Shown here piece after piece: positions 13,026 through 26,024 of a stretch of DNA of 64,000 bases. Positions within the stretch are counted from its first letter, which is position 1; each line of letters opens with the position of its first letter. The translations under genes were made by a program, and so were the position numbers. The stretch comes from Chiloscyllium plagiosum (taxonomy: Eukaryota): NCBI RefSeq assembly GCF_004010195.1, contig NC_057718.1, positions 102,222,079 through 102,286,078 of the forward strand. The letters are read 5' to 3'. Below the pieces are notes generated by a model that had not been told where the DNA came from, made no database searches, and worked only from the letters and a program-made list of their open reading frames with translations.

Positions 13026-13926
13026 GCTTGGTCGGTTGAATCCAATTCACTGAGCTCCATCGATAGGGCACTCAGGGTCTTCACAACACAAAGGTGGGTC
13101 TGACTCAGACTCTTCATCGGCTGAGGGAATGGCCGCCAGATGTCCCCTCTTATCCCCCTTTCTGAGCACTTCTGGAATGTTCCCTGACTTCAGCCAATAG
13201 GGTCACAGGGCATGGGTCACAGCAGCCAATGAGGTTAGGCCAGGTCATCTTACCCAAGATACGATTACTCCATGGTGCCAAGGTGTCAGTCCGAAACAGG
13301 GGAACACAGGAACGTAATGTCTCCCCCTGTTGTTCTGGCTGAGTACCTGTCAATGGGCTTCGGGACATACCAACTCCCCCATTGTTCGATATACAATCCA
13401 GGTCTGGGCTGGGCCCCGTTGGTTTCTGACCTGCAGTAACCCTGGTCTATTTGCAGTCCATCAGGCCTTGCTTGCAGAAACTCTTCAGCCAATTTAATGT
13501 TGGGCCTAGCTGCTTAGGCCAGTGGCCACACTTGGTTACAGAACCATTTGCTGGGAAGAGGGACAGGAAGGGAAGCTGGGCAACTGGCAGTTTCATAGGA
13601 ATGGGATCGCTGGAATAGGTGCTCGATCCTAGAAGGAGATGGAGGTCAAAGTAGCTGGAAATGGAATCCTCAGGATTCGTGTGGGCAAGACTAATGAAAT
13701 GTTTAACATTAATGGTCATTAAGAAGGAAACAAAGACAGCTAGAAGCCTGATCCCTATCTTAGAGATTAAGTGACACATGCTAGAATTCAAACATGTGAT
13801 TTTTAAAGAGAAATCTTCCAGGGATCATGGGTAATGTAGGCTGGGTCAATGTTTCTTGCTGAGCCTTAATTGCACTTGAGAGGGCAGTAGCGAGCCATCT
13901 TCCTGCAGACAGCTGAGTGGCTTTAA

Positions 13927-14050
13927 GGCTATTGTGGCACAGTGGTAGTGTTCCTACCTCTGAGCCAGGAGGCCTGGGTTCAGGTCCCACTTGTTCCAGA
14001 GGAGTGTCATAACAACTCTGTAACAGGTTTATTTGAAAGTATGAACAACT
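13927..14050 (+). mobile_element. Short tRNA-derived SINE
   Basis: A-box-like gtggcacagtgg and B-box-like ggttcaggtcc; inverted copies at about 39150-39215, 40262-40362 and 60760-60860. Confidence 0.7.
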
Positions 14051-14184
14051 GGTTAGGGCCATCTCAATCACGGGAGTTGGTGTTGGTGACTAGACCCAGC
14101 ATTTATTTCTCACTCCTGGTTGTATTTGCTGGTACAATTTCAGAGGACACTTAGAGTCAATGGTCTGGATGTGCAGTTACCTTT

Positions 14185-14960
14185 CTCTATTTCAAAAGTA
14201 TACTTTATTCATAAATTATCTATAGGTAACATAACAAACACAAAACTGGCCCATACAGACTTTGCATAAAACCTATTGGATGTTTAACATTCCTTGTCAG
14301 AGCTTCAATCCAGTTGCAACAAAAAGGCATTTCCTAAAAAATGAAAGGGAACTATTTACATTCCCATTAAGACTATACCATATCTCGAAACGTAACAGAC
14401 CTTTGTTATACTTTGGCAGAAAGTCCTCAGATGGTGGTCTTTCCCCACTGCGCCTTGTCGGTAGCTGCCCCAAGCTTTAGCGCATCCCTCAGCATGTAGT
14501 CCTAGACCTTGGAATATGCCAGTCTGCAACACCTGGTGAGGTCAACTCCTTGCTCTGGAAGATCAACAGGATTTGAGCAGACCAAGGAGTGCCTTTCATC
14601 AAGGTGATGTTCCTCCAGACCGCAGTCAATGTTGTCTCAGTGTGTGTCCCAGGGAATAGCCTGTAGAGCAGAGTCCCGCATCACGGAGCTGCTTGGGATG
14701 AACCTCGACAAAAGCCACTGCATCTTCCTCCAGACTTCGTTTGTAAAGCCACATTCCAGAAGGAGATGTCTGATAGTTTCTACATCCCCTGCATCCTCTT
14801 GGAGGCACAGACAATCCAGGTGTATATGAAGGATCTGACAGGTAGTGCCCTTCTCACCACCAGCCGAGCGATGGTTTGGTGCTGATTGGAAAGTTCTGGT
14901 GATGAGGCATTCTGCCAAATGACAGTCTACTCAGGGAACAACCTGACAGGATCCATCCTC
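14185..14960 (-). mobile_element. Tx1/L1-clade LINE 3' fragment
   Basis: Minus-strand ETIRHLLLECGFTNEVW zinc-knuckle region of the ORF2 C-terminus; minus-strand AATAAA near 14203-14208. Confidence 0.7.
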
Positions 14961-16723
14961 TCCTTTTACCGTAAGTGTAGAGTCATCAGTAGGCCAGGAA
15001 AGGTGATGGTGTTAGATTCCCTTCCCTAATGGTTCTTACAACAATCCAGTTGTTTTAAGGACACCACAACTGGCAACAGTTTCTCAGTACAGAGTCATTC
15101 AATCAATTAAATTCAATTTACAATAGCTGCCATGATGGGGTTTATACTCATGTTGGTGGACCATTAGTTCAGATGTTTAAACAATCAAAAATATACCCAA
15201 ACTACAGTCTATGCGAGCTGGTGATATCAAGCATGTTGTAACAGTGACATCTGCACTCAAAGGCAAGAGGCTGTTGTGATGAATGTTCATGGTATCACAT
15301 TGTTATTTGGGAACTTAGGTTGCAAAGTGAAAGATAAATGGTCATTAGTTTTCATTTTGACGTTTTTATAGAAGGTAACAGTCATTTTGAACAGCGACCT
15401 TTTTCAAAGTCTTTTTTATTTTCATTTTCCAAATGAATAGCGAGCCACTTTGGGAGATAATTGCTCGGGCTTTTGCAGTTCCAGGGTTTGCAACACAAAG
15501 GGAGACAAAGAGAAGGCAGTCTGAGGGATATTCACTCAGGTAGGAACAACTTAGTTCAGAGGGAAGAGCTCTTCAACAGCAGTGCTGCTGTTAACAACAC
15601 TCCAGGGATAGATCGCTCAGGTAAGGAAGACTACTCAGAGGAAAGCCAGAAACGGACGGCTGTGGATGTGTCAGAGAGAAAAATCTTCTCAAAAGACAGA
15701 TGAAGACATAAGTTTAAGGAGCCCATGTTCAATCATTAAGTGAGTTAACAGTTTGTTTGAGGTCTCATTGATTAAAGAAAATAGCATCAAGTGACAGTAA
15801 AAATTTGCTGAAAACTTACTGATTGCAGCTGTGCCAGCTGTAAAAGGCGATTTAGTACAGAGACTAGGAATCCCCTCATTGAGCTTTGGATAACTGTAGG
15901 GTTGATGTGAATGCAAAATAATCAAGTCCTTCTGATTTATGCAATTCTTTCTTTTTAAAACAGTTACTATGGTGTCGTGTTGCTTTTCTTTTACTTCTAT
16001 GCAACAACCTTTTTTCTTCTTTTGTTTAAAGTACATAGGCAGCCTCTTGATCATTGGCTGATCACTGTGGCAAACAACAATAAGACATAAACAAATGGTC
16101 TATCAAGCCAGGTTTAACTCTGGGATCTGACTTGTCCTGTACTACTATTAGCTGGGATTAAAACGCAGTGAGTAACGGAGGGAATAGTGTGTACTCGAGA
16201 GAGAGATGGACTCACAGAAAACAATATTATGTACACTAGTGTAAAAAACAGGCTTCAGAAACCTACTACAGTCAAATAGCAGTCACTGTAAGGTAAAGGG
16301 AAAGGATTACAGGCTATATTCTACCACAGACTCAAGGATGGCCATTGCAGAAAACAACCATCCATATCAAGAACACAAACATCCTGCAAGCTAACTCTGC
16401 ACTTTCAGAACAATTATTAACATTATTATTAATGTCTTTGAGTCAGTCGATATATAGTTTGGGGCTGGCAATAAAACTTGATTAGTGGATGACAGGAAGT
16501 TTTACTGTAAATAGCAATGTTTCCAATCTGCTGAAATGCATGACAAATTGCTGGCAGGCACCTGGAGTAATTTGAGGTAATGAGTAAATAAAATTAGTCA
16601 AAAGAACAAAGGGAACATGAAAGAAAGATGCTGACAGGGAATATTTCACCTGTTTTAGAGGACTCCAATTCCATAAATGTCATAATAAAAATTGAAATAA
16701 CTGCAGATGTTGTAAATCAGATA

Positions 16724-16875
16724 CAAAAACAGAAACTGCTGGAAAACCTCAGCAGATCTGGCAGCGTCTGTGAAGAGAAATCAGAGTTCAGAGGAAGGGC
16801 CCAAAACGTTAACTCTGATTTTTCTCCACAAATGCTGCCAGACCTGCTGAGCTTTTCCAGCAAGGTTTATTTTTG
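16724..16875. mobile_element. Fold-back (inverted) mini-element with a hammerhead-core remnant in the loop
   Basis: Arms 16724-16788 and 16811-16875 are imperfect reverse complements; loop is cagaggaagggcccaaaacgtt. Confidence 0.8.
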
Positions 16876-17419
16876 TCCAGAAAAGTCTCCCTGTTCGTTC
16901 TTGTTCAATGTAACACTCTGGCGGCAAAATATATATTCCTGCCTCAATCTGGAGTGGCCTCCTTAAAGTCATCTGAATTTGGGGTTTCTTGCACCCCTTT
17001 TATCCAGGAAGAAACAGACTTGGCTGCAAATTGACTGTATTGAGACATAGTTCAGTTTACAGTAGACGAGAAAACAATTCAGGCAGTGATTTCCAGGTTA
17101 TGTACCTGTATCGCGTTTCGGACGGTGGAGTGCATCAATGGTTTCTCTCCACAGCTTTAGCCTTGGAATGACCTAAAATGATCTTCCTTGCAAGTGCAAA
17201 GAATATTTTACATACATTTTCAATCAATATGTCTTTATCACGAGGCTCCAAGTTCTCACCTTGTGTGAGGGAGTGCAGCATTTTAGTCCTGTTTACTTGC
17301 ATTCATAAGTAATCCTCATCTTTGCATTTTTCTGCAATTAACATCTCTTTTTGGAAGAGGTATGATTAATCAGATTCTATTTCCCATCCAATCAGCACCC
17401 TCTTCACATGCAGTATCAT

Positions 17420-18612
17420 TTAGAACATAGAACACAGCATAGTACAGGCCCTTCAGCCCTTGATGTTGTGCCGGCCTTTCATCCTACGCTAAGATCAGAC
17501 TAACCTGCATACCCTTCATTGTATTAACTTCCATGTGTCTAACCAAGAGTCGCTTAAATATCCCGAATGTACTCTACTAACACTGCTGCCAGTGCATTCC
17601 ACCCACCCACCACACTCTGTGTAAAGAACCGACTTCTGACATCTCCCCTAAACCTTCCTACACTCACCTTAACATTATGCCCCCTCATGATAGACATTTC
17701 TGCCCTGGGAAAAGTCTCTGGCTATCCACTCTGTCTACGTCTGTCAGCATCTTGTACACCTCTATCAAGTCACCTCTCATCCTTCTTCATCCAATGAGAA
17801 AAGCCCTAGCTCCCTCAACCTTTCTTCATAAGACATGCCCTCCAGTCCAGGCAGCATCCTGGTATATCTCCTCTGCACCCTCTCTAAAGCTTCCACATGA
17901 GGCAACCAGAACTGAGCACAATATTCCAAGTATGATCTAACCCAGGCTCTATAGAGCTGCAGCATAACCTCGTGGCTCTTAAACAAAATCCCCTGCTAAT
18001 GAGAACTAACACACCATATGCCTTCTTAACAATCCTATCAACTTGGGTGGCAACTTTGAGGGATCTATGCACATGGACTCCAAGATTCCTCTGTTCCTCC
18101 ACACTGCCAAGAATCCTGCCTTTAACCTGTATTCTGTATTCAAATTTGACCTTCCAAAATGAATCACTTCACACTTTTCCATCTGCCATCAGCCCAGCTC
18201 TGCATCCTGTCAATGTCCCATTGCAACCTACAACAGCCCTTCACACTATCCACCACTCCACCAACCTTCATGTCATCAGCAAATCCACCCTTCCACTTCC
18301 TCATCCAAGCCATTTATAAATATCACAAACAGCAAAGGTCCCAGAACCGATCCCTGCGGAACACCACTGGTCACCGAGCTCCAGGCTGAAAACTTTGCAT
18401 CTACCACCACCCTCTGTCTTCCATGGGCCAGCCAATTCTGTATCCAGACAGCCAGATTTCCCTGTATCCCATGCCTCCGTACTTTCTGAATGGACCTACC
18501 ATGGGGCACCTTATCAAGCACCTTGCTAAAATCCATGTACACCACATCTACTGCTCTACCTTCATCAATGTGTTTTGTCACATCCTCAAAGAATTCAGTA
18601 AGGTTTGTGAGG
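17420..18612 (-). mobile_element. CR1 LINE, RT domain to 3' tail, 5'-truncated
   Basis: [49 protein letters not shown]; frameshifted. Confidence 0.95.
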
Positions 18613-19571
18613 CAATTTGTTGTGCCTTGTGACATTGAGCAGTCTTGTGGATGTATGAGGAGAGATTACATCAGTTAGGGCTACATTCACTGAAGTTTAG
18701 GAAGAATGAGCTGGGGCTGAGTGAGACAGAGCAAGTGCAGAAAGGATATTCCCCCTCCCCGGGGAATCCAGAACCAGGGGTCATAGCCTAAGGATATGGG
18801 CCATTTTGGACTGAGATGAGGAGAAATTTCTTCACTCAGAGAGTGATTAGCCTGTGGAATTGATTACCATAGATGCAGCTGAGGCCAAAACAGTGTATAA
18901 TTTCAACAAGGAGTTGGATATAGCACTTAGGGTTTAAGAGTATGGGAGAAGAGCAGGAATAGGCTGATAAATTGGATGACCAACCCTGATCACATTGACT
19001 GGCACACTGGAAGAATTTGCAGATTAATACACACCCTGATTGGTTGTGTTTGAAATACCCCTTCCTTGACCACTGAGTGAAGCAGGACTTGTACACAAAG
19101 CCCCCGGCTCACAGGCTGGGACAGAGCTGCTGCACTATGGGGGTGGGCTCGACACACACCGAGTTGGTGCTGGTTTGTGGATAAATATTATGGGAAATGC
19201 CATCAAACAATCACCAATCTCACTAGCCAAACTAAAAGTGACTTTCTCCATAACAGCATAAGGAATAGGAACAGGAGCAGGCCATTTAGCCCCTCAAGCC
19301 TGCTCCGCCATTCAATAGGCTGTTCCAAGATTCTTCATGTCTAACCTTCTGTCCTATCCCCATAACCCTTCTTTCCCTGACTGATCAAGAATCTCTCAGC
19401 CTTAACTATACACAAGGACTCTACCCCCTCAGCTCCCTGCAGCAAGGAGTTCCAAAGACTCACAACCCTCTGAGAGAAGAAATTCCTCCCCATCTCAGTC
19501 TGAAATTGGTGCCCCTTTATTCTGAGGCTGTACCCTCTGGTCCCAGACCTCTCTTTCCTTCTCTTTCTCCA

Positions 19572-19915
19572 GGGTGGCATGATGGCTCAATGGTTAGCAC
19601 TGCTGCCTCACAGCGCCAGGGACCCAGGTTCGATTCCAGCCTCGGGCGACTGACTGTGTGGAGTTTGCACATTCTCCCCGTGTCGGCGTGGGTTTCCTCC
19701 GGGTGCTCCGGTTTCCTCCCACAGTCCAAAGATTTGCAGGCCAGGTGAATTGGCCGTGCTAAATTGCCTGTAGTGTTAGGTGCGTTAGTCAGGGGTAGAT
19801 ATAGGTTAGGGGAATGGGTCTGTGTGGTTTACTTTTTGGAGGGTCAGTGTGGACTTGCTGGGCCAAATGGCCTGTTTCCACACTGTAGGGATTCTAATCT
19901 AATCTTTAAAAAAAC
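19572..19915 (+). mobile_element. HE1-type V-SINE, near full length
   Basis: tRNA-like head (ggttcgattcc B box), central gtgtggagtttgcacattctccccgtg..ggtttcctcccacagtccaaag domain, CR1-type tail ending in (ctaat)n. Confidence 0.9.
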
Positions 19916-20639
19916 TTCCTGCTTTAGAAGTGGCAGTTCTCCTGTGAAAGATGAGAGGATGAGGGTGGTTTCTTCAGGGCCAGGCTCAAGGCTCAGGTGT
20001 ACCAATGAACATAGGAACAGCTGGAGGCCATTCAGCCCCTCCATTAACATTGAATAAGGTGGTGACTGTTCTGACTGTGGTCTCAGTCCCAGCTGCTTGC
20101 CTGCACATATAGTGATCTGTCTTTGAAAAGTGTAATTCAAAGGTGCAGCCTCATCTACTCCCCAGGAAAGAGGATTCTGTTTTCTAATCATTCCCTGAGG
20201 GAGACAGTGGAAGGGAGTCAAAAGACAGAAATTGCAAGAAAAGCTCAGCAGGTTTTATTGTTTCTGATTTCCAGCAGCCGCAGTGATGTTAAATGGAAGG
20301 GAGACATGGTAGATTTGACTGTGTCTCCTCGTCCTGGTTCTCCCCAGCAAGGGGAATGAGGGATGAGCTCCTCAGGACCCCCTCAGTACCCTCTGTCCTT
20401 CAACGGGAAGAGTCCAGTGTCTGTGTGGGAGGGTTGGGTCTGAGAGATTCCTGGGTTAATGTGAACTGTGCGCTTATGATTCATTGAAGATACAACAGCC
20501 GCAATGGGACAGAGTGGGCTCTCTGGGAGAGGAACTGGAAAGATACTGAAAAATACTGGAAAACTCAGCGGGTCAGGCAGCATCCATGGAGGAAGAGAGA
20601 GAGAGAGCTAACCTTTCCTGGACTCTTCAGCTGTAAAGA

Positions 20640-21107
20640 TAGTTTAACAACGTGGTAGCCCCCCAGCTCGGTTAAAACCCCTTATTTTCCACACGGTTTC
20701 ATTTCAATGTTCTCTCCCTTGTTCCACTTTATTTTTGCAGCCGGGTGCGAAATAGACCGAAGTGGTTCTCGTTGGGGGCAAAAATCCTTTCCGCAGGAAT
20801 CTCCTGGAAGTCGATGAGTCACATCCCCCGCAGTAAGAGAAAGGAACAGCTCTCAGAGCAATGAGGCGCGTGTTGCTGCCGTGGGCTCGCTCAGTCAACT
20901 CTCCACCACCAGTTTGCAAAGAAGCAACAAGCACAGGTACCCTCTCCAGAGCACTCCAACTCTTCTCCAGATCCCAGGTTTGCTGCAGGACCTGCTGATA
21001 ACCTCCTGGTGTCTCCAGGTTGTCCCAGGCTTTGGTGCCAGGGCTGTCTATCAGCAGGCTGACCTTCCATATGTTGTGGGGGGTCTGGGCTTGTTCTGCC
21101 CGGGAGG
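20640..21107 (+). promoter_or_regulatory. CpG-enriched, repeat-free region just upstream of the GPCR start (candidate promoter or 5' UTR)
   Basis: Visible CpG enrichment against the background; strong acceptor-like tract ttctctcccttgttccactttatttttgcag ending at 20740; TSS cannot be determined. Confidence 0.4.
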
Positions 21108-21532
21108 ATGGGGGAAGCCTGTACTGAAGCCTGGCCGGAGCTGAGGAACCTGAGCTGCAGCCTCTTGGACTATGACACCGCCCGCTTGGACAGCCAGGAC
21201 TTCATGACGGACCGGAGCTTCGAGGCGGCTCGGACCGTGGTCGGGGTGACCCTGGTCGGGATCATGTTGGTGTGTGGGCTCGGCAACTTGCTGTTCATTG
21301 TGAGCCTGGTTCGCTGTAGGCAGCGCCGCAGCCTGACCAGCCTCCTGCTCGCTAACCTGGCCGTCTCGGACATGCTGGTGGCTGTGCTCTGCTGCCCCTT
21401 CGAGATGGATTACTATGTGGTCAAGCAACTGTCCTGGGAGCACGGCCACGCTCTGTGTGCCTCGGTCAACTACCTCCGCACCGCTTCCCTGTCTGTCTCC
21501 ACTAACGCGCTGCTAGCCATCGCCATCGACCG
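21108..21532 (+). CDS. prokr: Prokineticin receptor-like GPCR (PROKR1/2 family), coding exon 1 (N-terminus, TM1-TM3)
   Basis: ATG in strong Kozak context (aggATGG); [68 protein letters not shown] match PROKR; donor CG|GTAAGG at 21532/21533. Confidence 0.95.
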
Positions 21533-21557
21533 GTAAGGGAGGGGACTTGGGTTAACT

Positions 21558-23200
21558 ATGGACACACACATAGACACACACACACACACACACAGAGATA
21601 CACACATAGACACACAGAGATACACCCACACTCACACAGACACACGGATACACGCAGAGACACACAAGGGCACAGAGACACATATAGACATACAGAGACA
21701 CACGGAGATACACACACACAGAGACACGGACACACAGATACATGCAGAGACACACAAGGGCACAGAGACACATATAGACATACAGAGACACACGGAGATA
21801 CACACACACAGAGACACGGACACACAGATACATGCAGAGACACACAAGGGCACAGAGACACATATAGACATACAGAGACACACGGAGATACACACACACA
21901 GAGACACGGACACACAGATACATGCAGAGACACACAAGGGCACAGAGACACATATAGACATACAGAGACACACGGAGATACACACACACAGAGACACGGA
22001 CACACAGATACATGCAGAGACACACAAGGGCACAGAGACACATATAGACATACAGAGACACACGGAGATACACACACACAGAGACACGGACACACAGATA
22101 CATGCAGAGACACACAAGGGCACAGAGACACATATAGACATACAGAGACACACGGAGATACACACACACAGAGACACGGACACACAGATACATGCAGAGA
22201 CACACAAGGGCACAGAGACAATTATAGACATACAGAGACACTCAGAGATACACGCACTCACACAGAGATACAGACACACATAGATACACGCAGAGACACA
22301 CAAGGACACAGAGACACACATAGGCATACAGAGACACACACAAAGCATGACACAAAAGACAGGCACAGAGCCAGAGAAAAAAGGATAGGGACAGAGAGAT
22401 CCAGAGGCAGAGAGAGTCAAAGAAAACAAAGAGAGAGAGACAGACAGACAGAGAGGAAGAGAGGGACATGTACAGAGACGGACAGAGTCAGAGAAAGACT
22501 GAGAGAGATACAGACATTAATAGACAGAGAGAGAGAGAGAGACACACACACAAAGTGAGTCAGAGAAAGAGAGAGAGATAGAAAGAGTCAGAGAGAGACA
22601 AGTTCAGATAGAGTCTTACATTTTTATTCAGTTAAGGAATCAAGGCAAGAAAAGGGCGGAAAGGTGGGAAAGGGAGTAAAACATTTTCAAATCAGTTGTG
22701 ATTTCATTGAATTACAGACCTGATGGGCTGAATGGCCTACTACTAAGCTTTGTGGACAGAGGCAGAGAGAGTGACAGGGAGAGATAGGACGGACAGAGAG
22801 AGCACATAGTGAGTGATAGAGTTGGAAGGAAAGAGAAATATCAGAGACTGAGACAGACAATGAGTGTGAGAGAGACAGACAGACAGACCGAGACAGTGAG
22901 AGAGAAAGATGGAGACAAAGAGAGACAGAAAGAGACACAGGAAGAGTGTACCAGGGGTACTTCTTTAATCAGTAAGGGAATGGGGAAATGGCAGGAAAAT
23001 GGAATTGAGGATTATCAGATCAGCCATGACTTCATTGAATGGCAGAGCAGACTTGATGGGCCGAATGGCTCACTTCTGCTCCTATGCTTTATGGGCAGAG
23101 ACAGTGAGAGAAGACAGAGGGAAAGATAAAGACAAAAGAAGTCAGAGGCAGGGAGAGAGAGAGAGAGACAGAAAGTCAGGGACAGAGAAAAAGAAAGTTA
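21558..23200. repeat. CA/GA-rich low-complexity intronic tract containing a perfect 90-bp tandem array (21654-22220)
   Basis: About 6.3 identical 90-bp units; 30-aa periodicity in the ORF track; flanked by degenerate CA and GA repeats. Confidence 0.95.
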
Positions 23201-24479
23201 GTGGCAGATAGGGAATCAGAGACGTCAAACCCTACAAGTAATATTGTAGCAGATTTGCAACTGTGCAGATTTGGATTTATCCAACAATGATTTTAAACAC
23301 CATTCATTTCCCATTTCCAAACCCCTTTAAGTCATTGTCACTGTGGTGTCTAGCTCAGGCCATTTAATGATCTGCTTGTTTCCTTGCCTGGAAATCTCAG
23401 CAAGGAGAAGATGTGAGTGCTATCAGTCACTGGCACATCAGCAAGACTGTCCAGTTTGCAAAGCAGCATCTGACCTCTCCCTCAGATCATGAACCCTTTC
23501 AGGAAACCAAGATCCCCATTCCTCAGCAATACACAGCCTTTTAATTATTAAAATAAAACAAATTCCAGAAAAACAACCTTCCCCATTTTAGGGGGATGGT
23601 CCAGTGCAGTATTAGTCAAAAACTAAAAGTTCTGGAAGTATTCAACAGGTCAGTCAGCCTGCGTGGTGGCAAGGAGAGGACATTAATGTTTCACTGTCTG
23701 TGATCTTTCACCTGAATCATCCCTCTTTCTCTTTCTCTCTCTCCAGAGACAGCTGGACTTATTGAGTGATTTTCCACCATTTTCTGTTTTCCTGTCAGAT
23801 CTTCAACATCTCCAATGTTTTGCATTTTGGTTTTGTTTATTCATTTTGTTAATATTGTCCACACCTGATAGCAAGACTCCAACAAAACAAGATTTGGCCC
23901 TTAGCAACTTTGAAACAGCAACCTGGACTTAATCTGTTTTAGGAGTGAGGTACAGGGATATGTTTTAAGCCCAAATGGGAAACTGTCACTCTTAAAAACT
24001 GATTTCCTTACAAAAGAAACATATTGTTAAATGATCACATGCTGAAGTCTATCAGTAGTGCGTAGTGATGAGTTTGTAATTAATCAAATGGCTGCTTTAC
24101 AGAGTGATGGTCACAGTTTCAAAACTTGTGTGTGTTTTAAACTTGAAATATTTTGAGTGCACATGTGATAGAAACAGACTAAAAACACACAAGGAAATAT
24201 CATTTATCAAGATTTAACACAATAGCCTTCACATTTCTAGGTTTCTAGAAAACCACAATCTAGTGTGACCAATTATTCAAATGGATTTTTCAGAATTCAC
24301 ATTTTACCTTTTACTTCAGCTATTTACAATGGGTTTGTGTCTCACCAACATTGAAAAGGATATGAATGATGTGTTCATACAACTGCTACACTTTGTTTCC
24401 ATCATGGGCAGAATCAACGTTCTTCGTCTAAATTTGCAGATGCACTTTATAAAGCCCTGTGTACAGATATTGTATGTTC

Positions 24480-24845
24480 GTGGTTATATATGAGCATGTG
24501 TTATATGTTTGTGATGTCGTGTATTGTTGGGTGTTGTATGTTGTTGGATGCTTCTACTGGTAGACATTGTATATCAGCGGGTATTGTGTTATTGGTGAAA
24601 TTTGTACAGAGGTGGGTATTGTATGTTATTGGATGTTGTAAAATTGTGAGTTTTGTATACTGATGGGTGTTGTATGCTGTTCGATGTTGTACATTGGCGA
24701 GTTGTTATACTGGTGAGTGTTGTGTATTGGTGATTGGTGGACGTTGTAGATTAGTGAGTTTTGTGTATATCGGTTAAAGTTGCATATTGATGGATGTTGT
24801 AAATCGGTAGGTGTTATATAAAGTATGTGCTGTACAGTGATGCAC
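24480..24845. repeat. Degenerate about 17-bp minisatellite (GRTGGATGTTGTAYAKT-like), block 1
   Basis: Recurring ggatgttgta/gtgttgtat at about 17-bp spacing. Confidence 0.65.
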
Positions 24846-24849
24846 ATTA

Positions 24850-25550
24850 CATTGGAACATGGGTGTTAGGAGCAGGAGTAGGCCATTTGGCCCTTTGAGC
24901 CTACTACATCATAGTTCAATCAGGGCTCAGCTGGTTGTGGTCTCAAATCTACCTTCCTGTCTGTCCCCCATAACCATTGACCCTCTTATTTATCAAAGCT
25001 CTAACTCTGCTTTGAATAAACATAAAGACCCAGCCTTCACTACCTTCTGGGGAAGAGAATTTCACACTCTAATAACCCTCTGACAGAAGAAAAAAGCCTC
25101 ATCGCTCACTTAAAACTGAGACCTTTTGTTTAAACCATATCCCAATTTCAGATTTCCCCACAAGAGGAAACCTCCTCGGTAACAAGTTTCAGTGAGATCA
25201 CTGCTCAACCTTCAAAACCCCAGCAGATATAAGTCTAACCTGTTCATCCTTCCTTCATTGGAATAGGTCCAGTAACCCAGGAATGGGTCAAATAGGACCT
25301 TGACTATATTTTAATAAGGAGACCAAAACTGTACTTCAGGTATGGTCTCACTGATGTCCTATACAGCTACATTAAAACATCCTGATTTTTATATTCCATT
25401 CCTGTGGAAATAACCAACGTTCCATTGACCTTCCTATTCACTTGCTGCAACTGCAGACTAATGGTTTGTGATTCATGTACCAGGATACCCAGATCCCTCT
25501 GTACTTCTGCAATCTCTTTCAGTGTAAATAGTAAGCTGCCTTTCTATTCT
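24850..25550 (-). mobile_element. CR1 LINE 3' fragment (intronic)
   Basis: Tail aggagcaggagtaggccatt..gcc and decayed ORF2 C-terminus. Confidence 0.75.
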
Positions 25551-25781
25551 TCCTGAGCTGAAAATGTGTTGCTGGAAAAGCACAGCAGGTCAGGCAGCAT
25601 CCAGGGAACAGGAGAATCGAAGTACCTGCTGCCCTTCTTCTGGATGGAAGTGGTCATGGGTTTGGAAGCTGCTGTCTGAGGATCTTTGGTGAATTTCTGC
25701 AGTGCATCTTGTAGATAGTTTTCACTGCTACGACTGAGCACCAGTGGTGGAGGAATCAAATGTTTAGATTACTTACAGTGT

Positions 25782-26020
25782 GGAAACAGGCCCTTCGGCC
25801 CACCCAGACCCATTCCCCTACATTTAACCCTTCACCTAACACTACGGGCAATTTAGCATGGCCAATTCACCTAACCTGCACATTTTTGGATTGTGGGAGG
25901 AAACCAGAACACCCAGCGGAAACCCACGCAGACACGGGGAGAAGTCACGGCCTGAGGCGGGAATTGAACCCAGGTCTCTGGCACTGTGAGGCAGTCGTGC
26001 TACCACTGTGCCACCGAGCC
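25782..26020 (-). mobile_element. HE1-type V-SINE (internally deleted)
   Basis: Reverse complement of HE1 head, core and tail. Confidence 0.85.
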
Positions 26021-26024
26021 ATTT

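Noticed and set aside
19572..19650. tRNA gene (also at 32552, 55639, 13927)
   Set aside because: tRNA-like heads run directly into SINE bodies and tails; no stand-alone cloverleaf with terminator
21051..21449. 132-aa antisense ORF over exon 1
   Set aside because: Expected shadow of GC3-rich coding sequence; no independent support
21552..22429. 220-265 aa ORFs on both strands
   Set aside because: Translations of the 90-bp/CA repeat inside the GPCR intron
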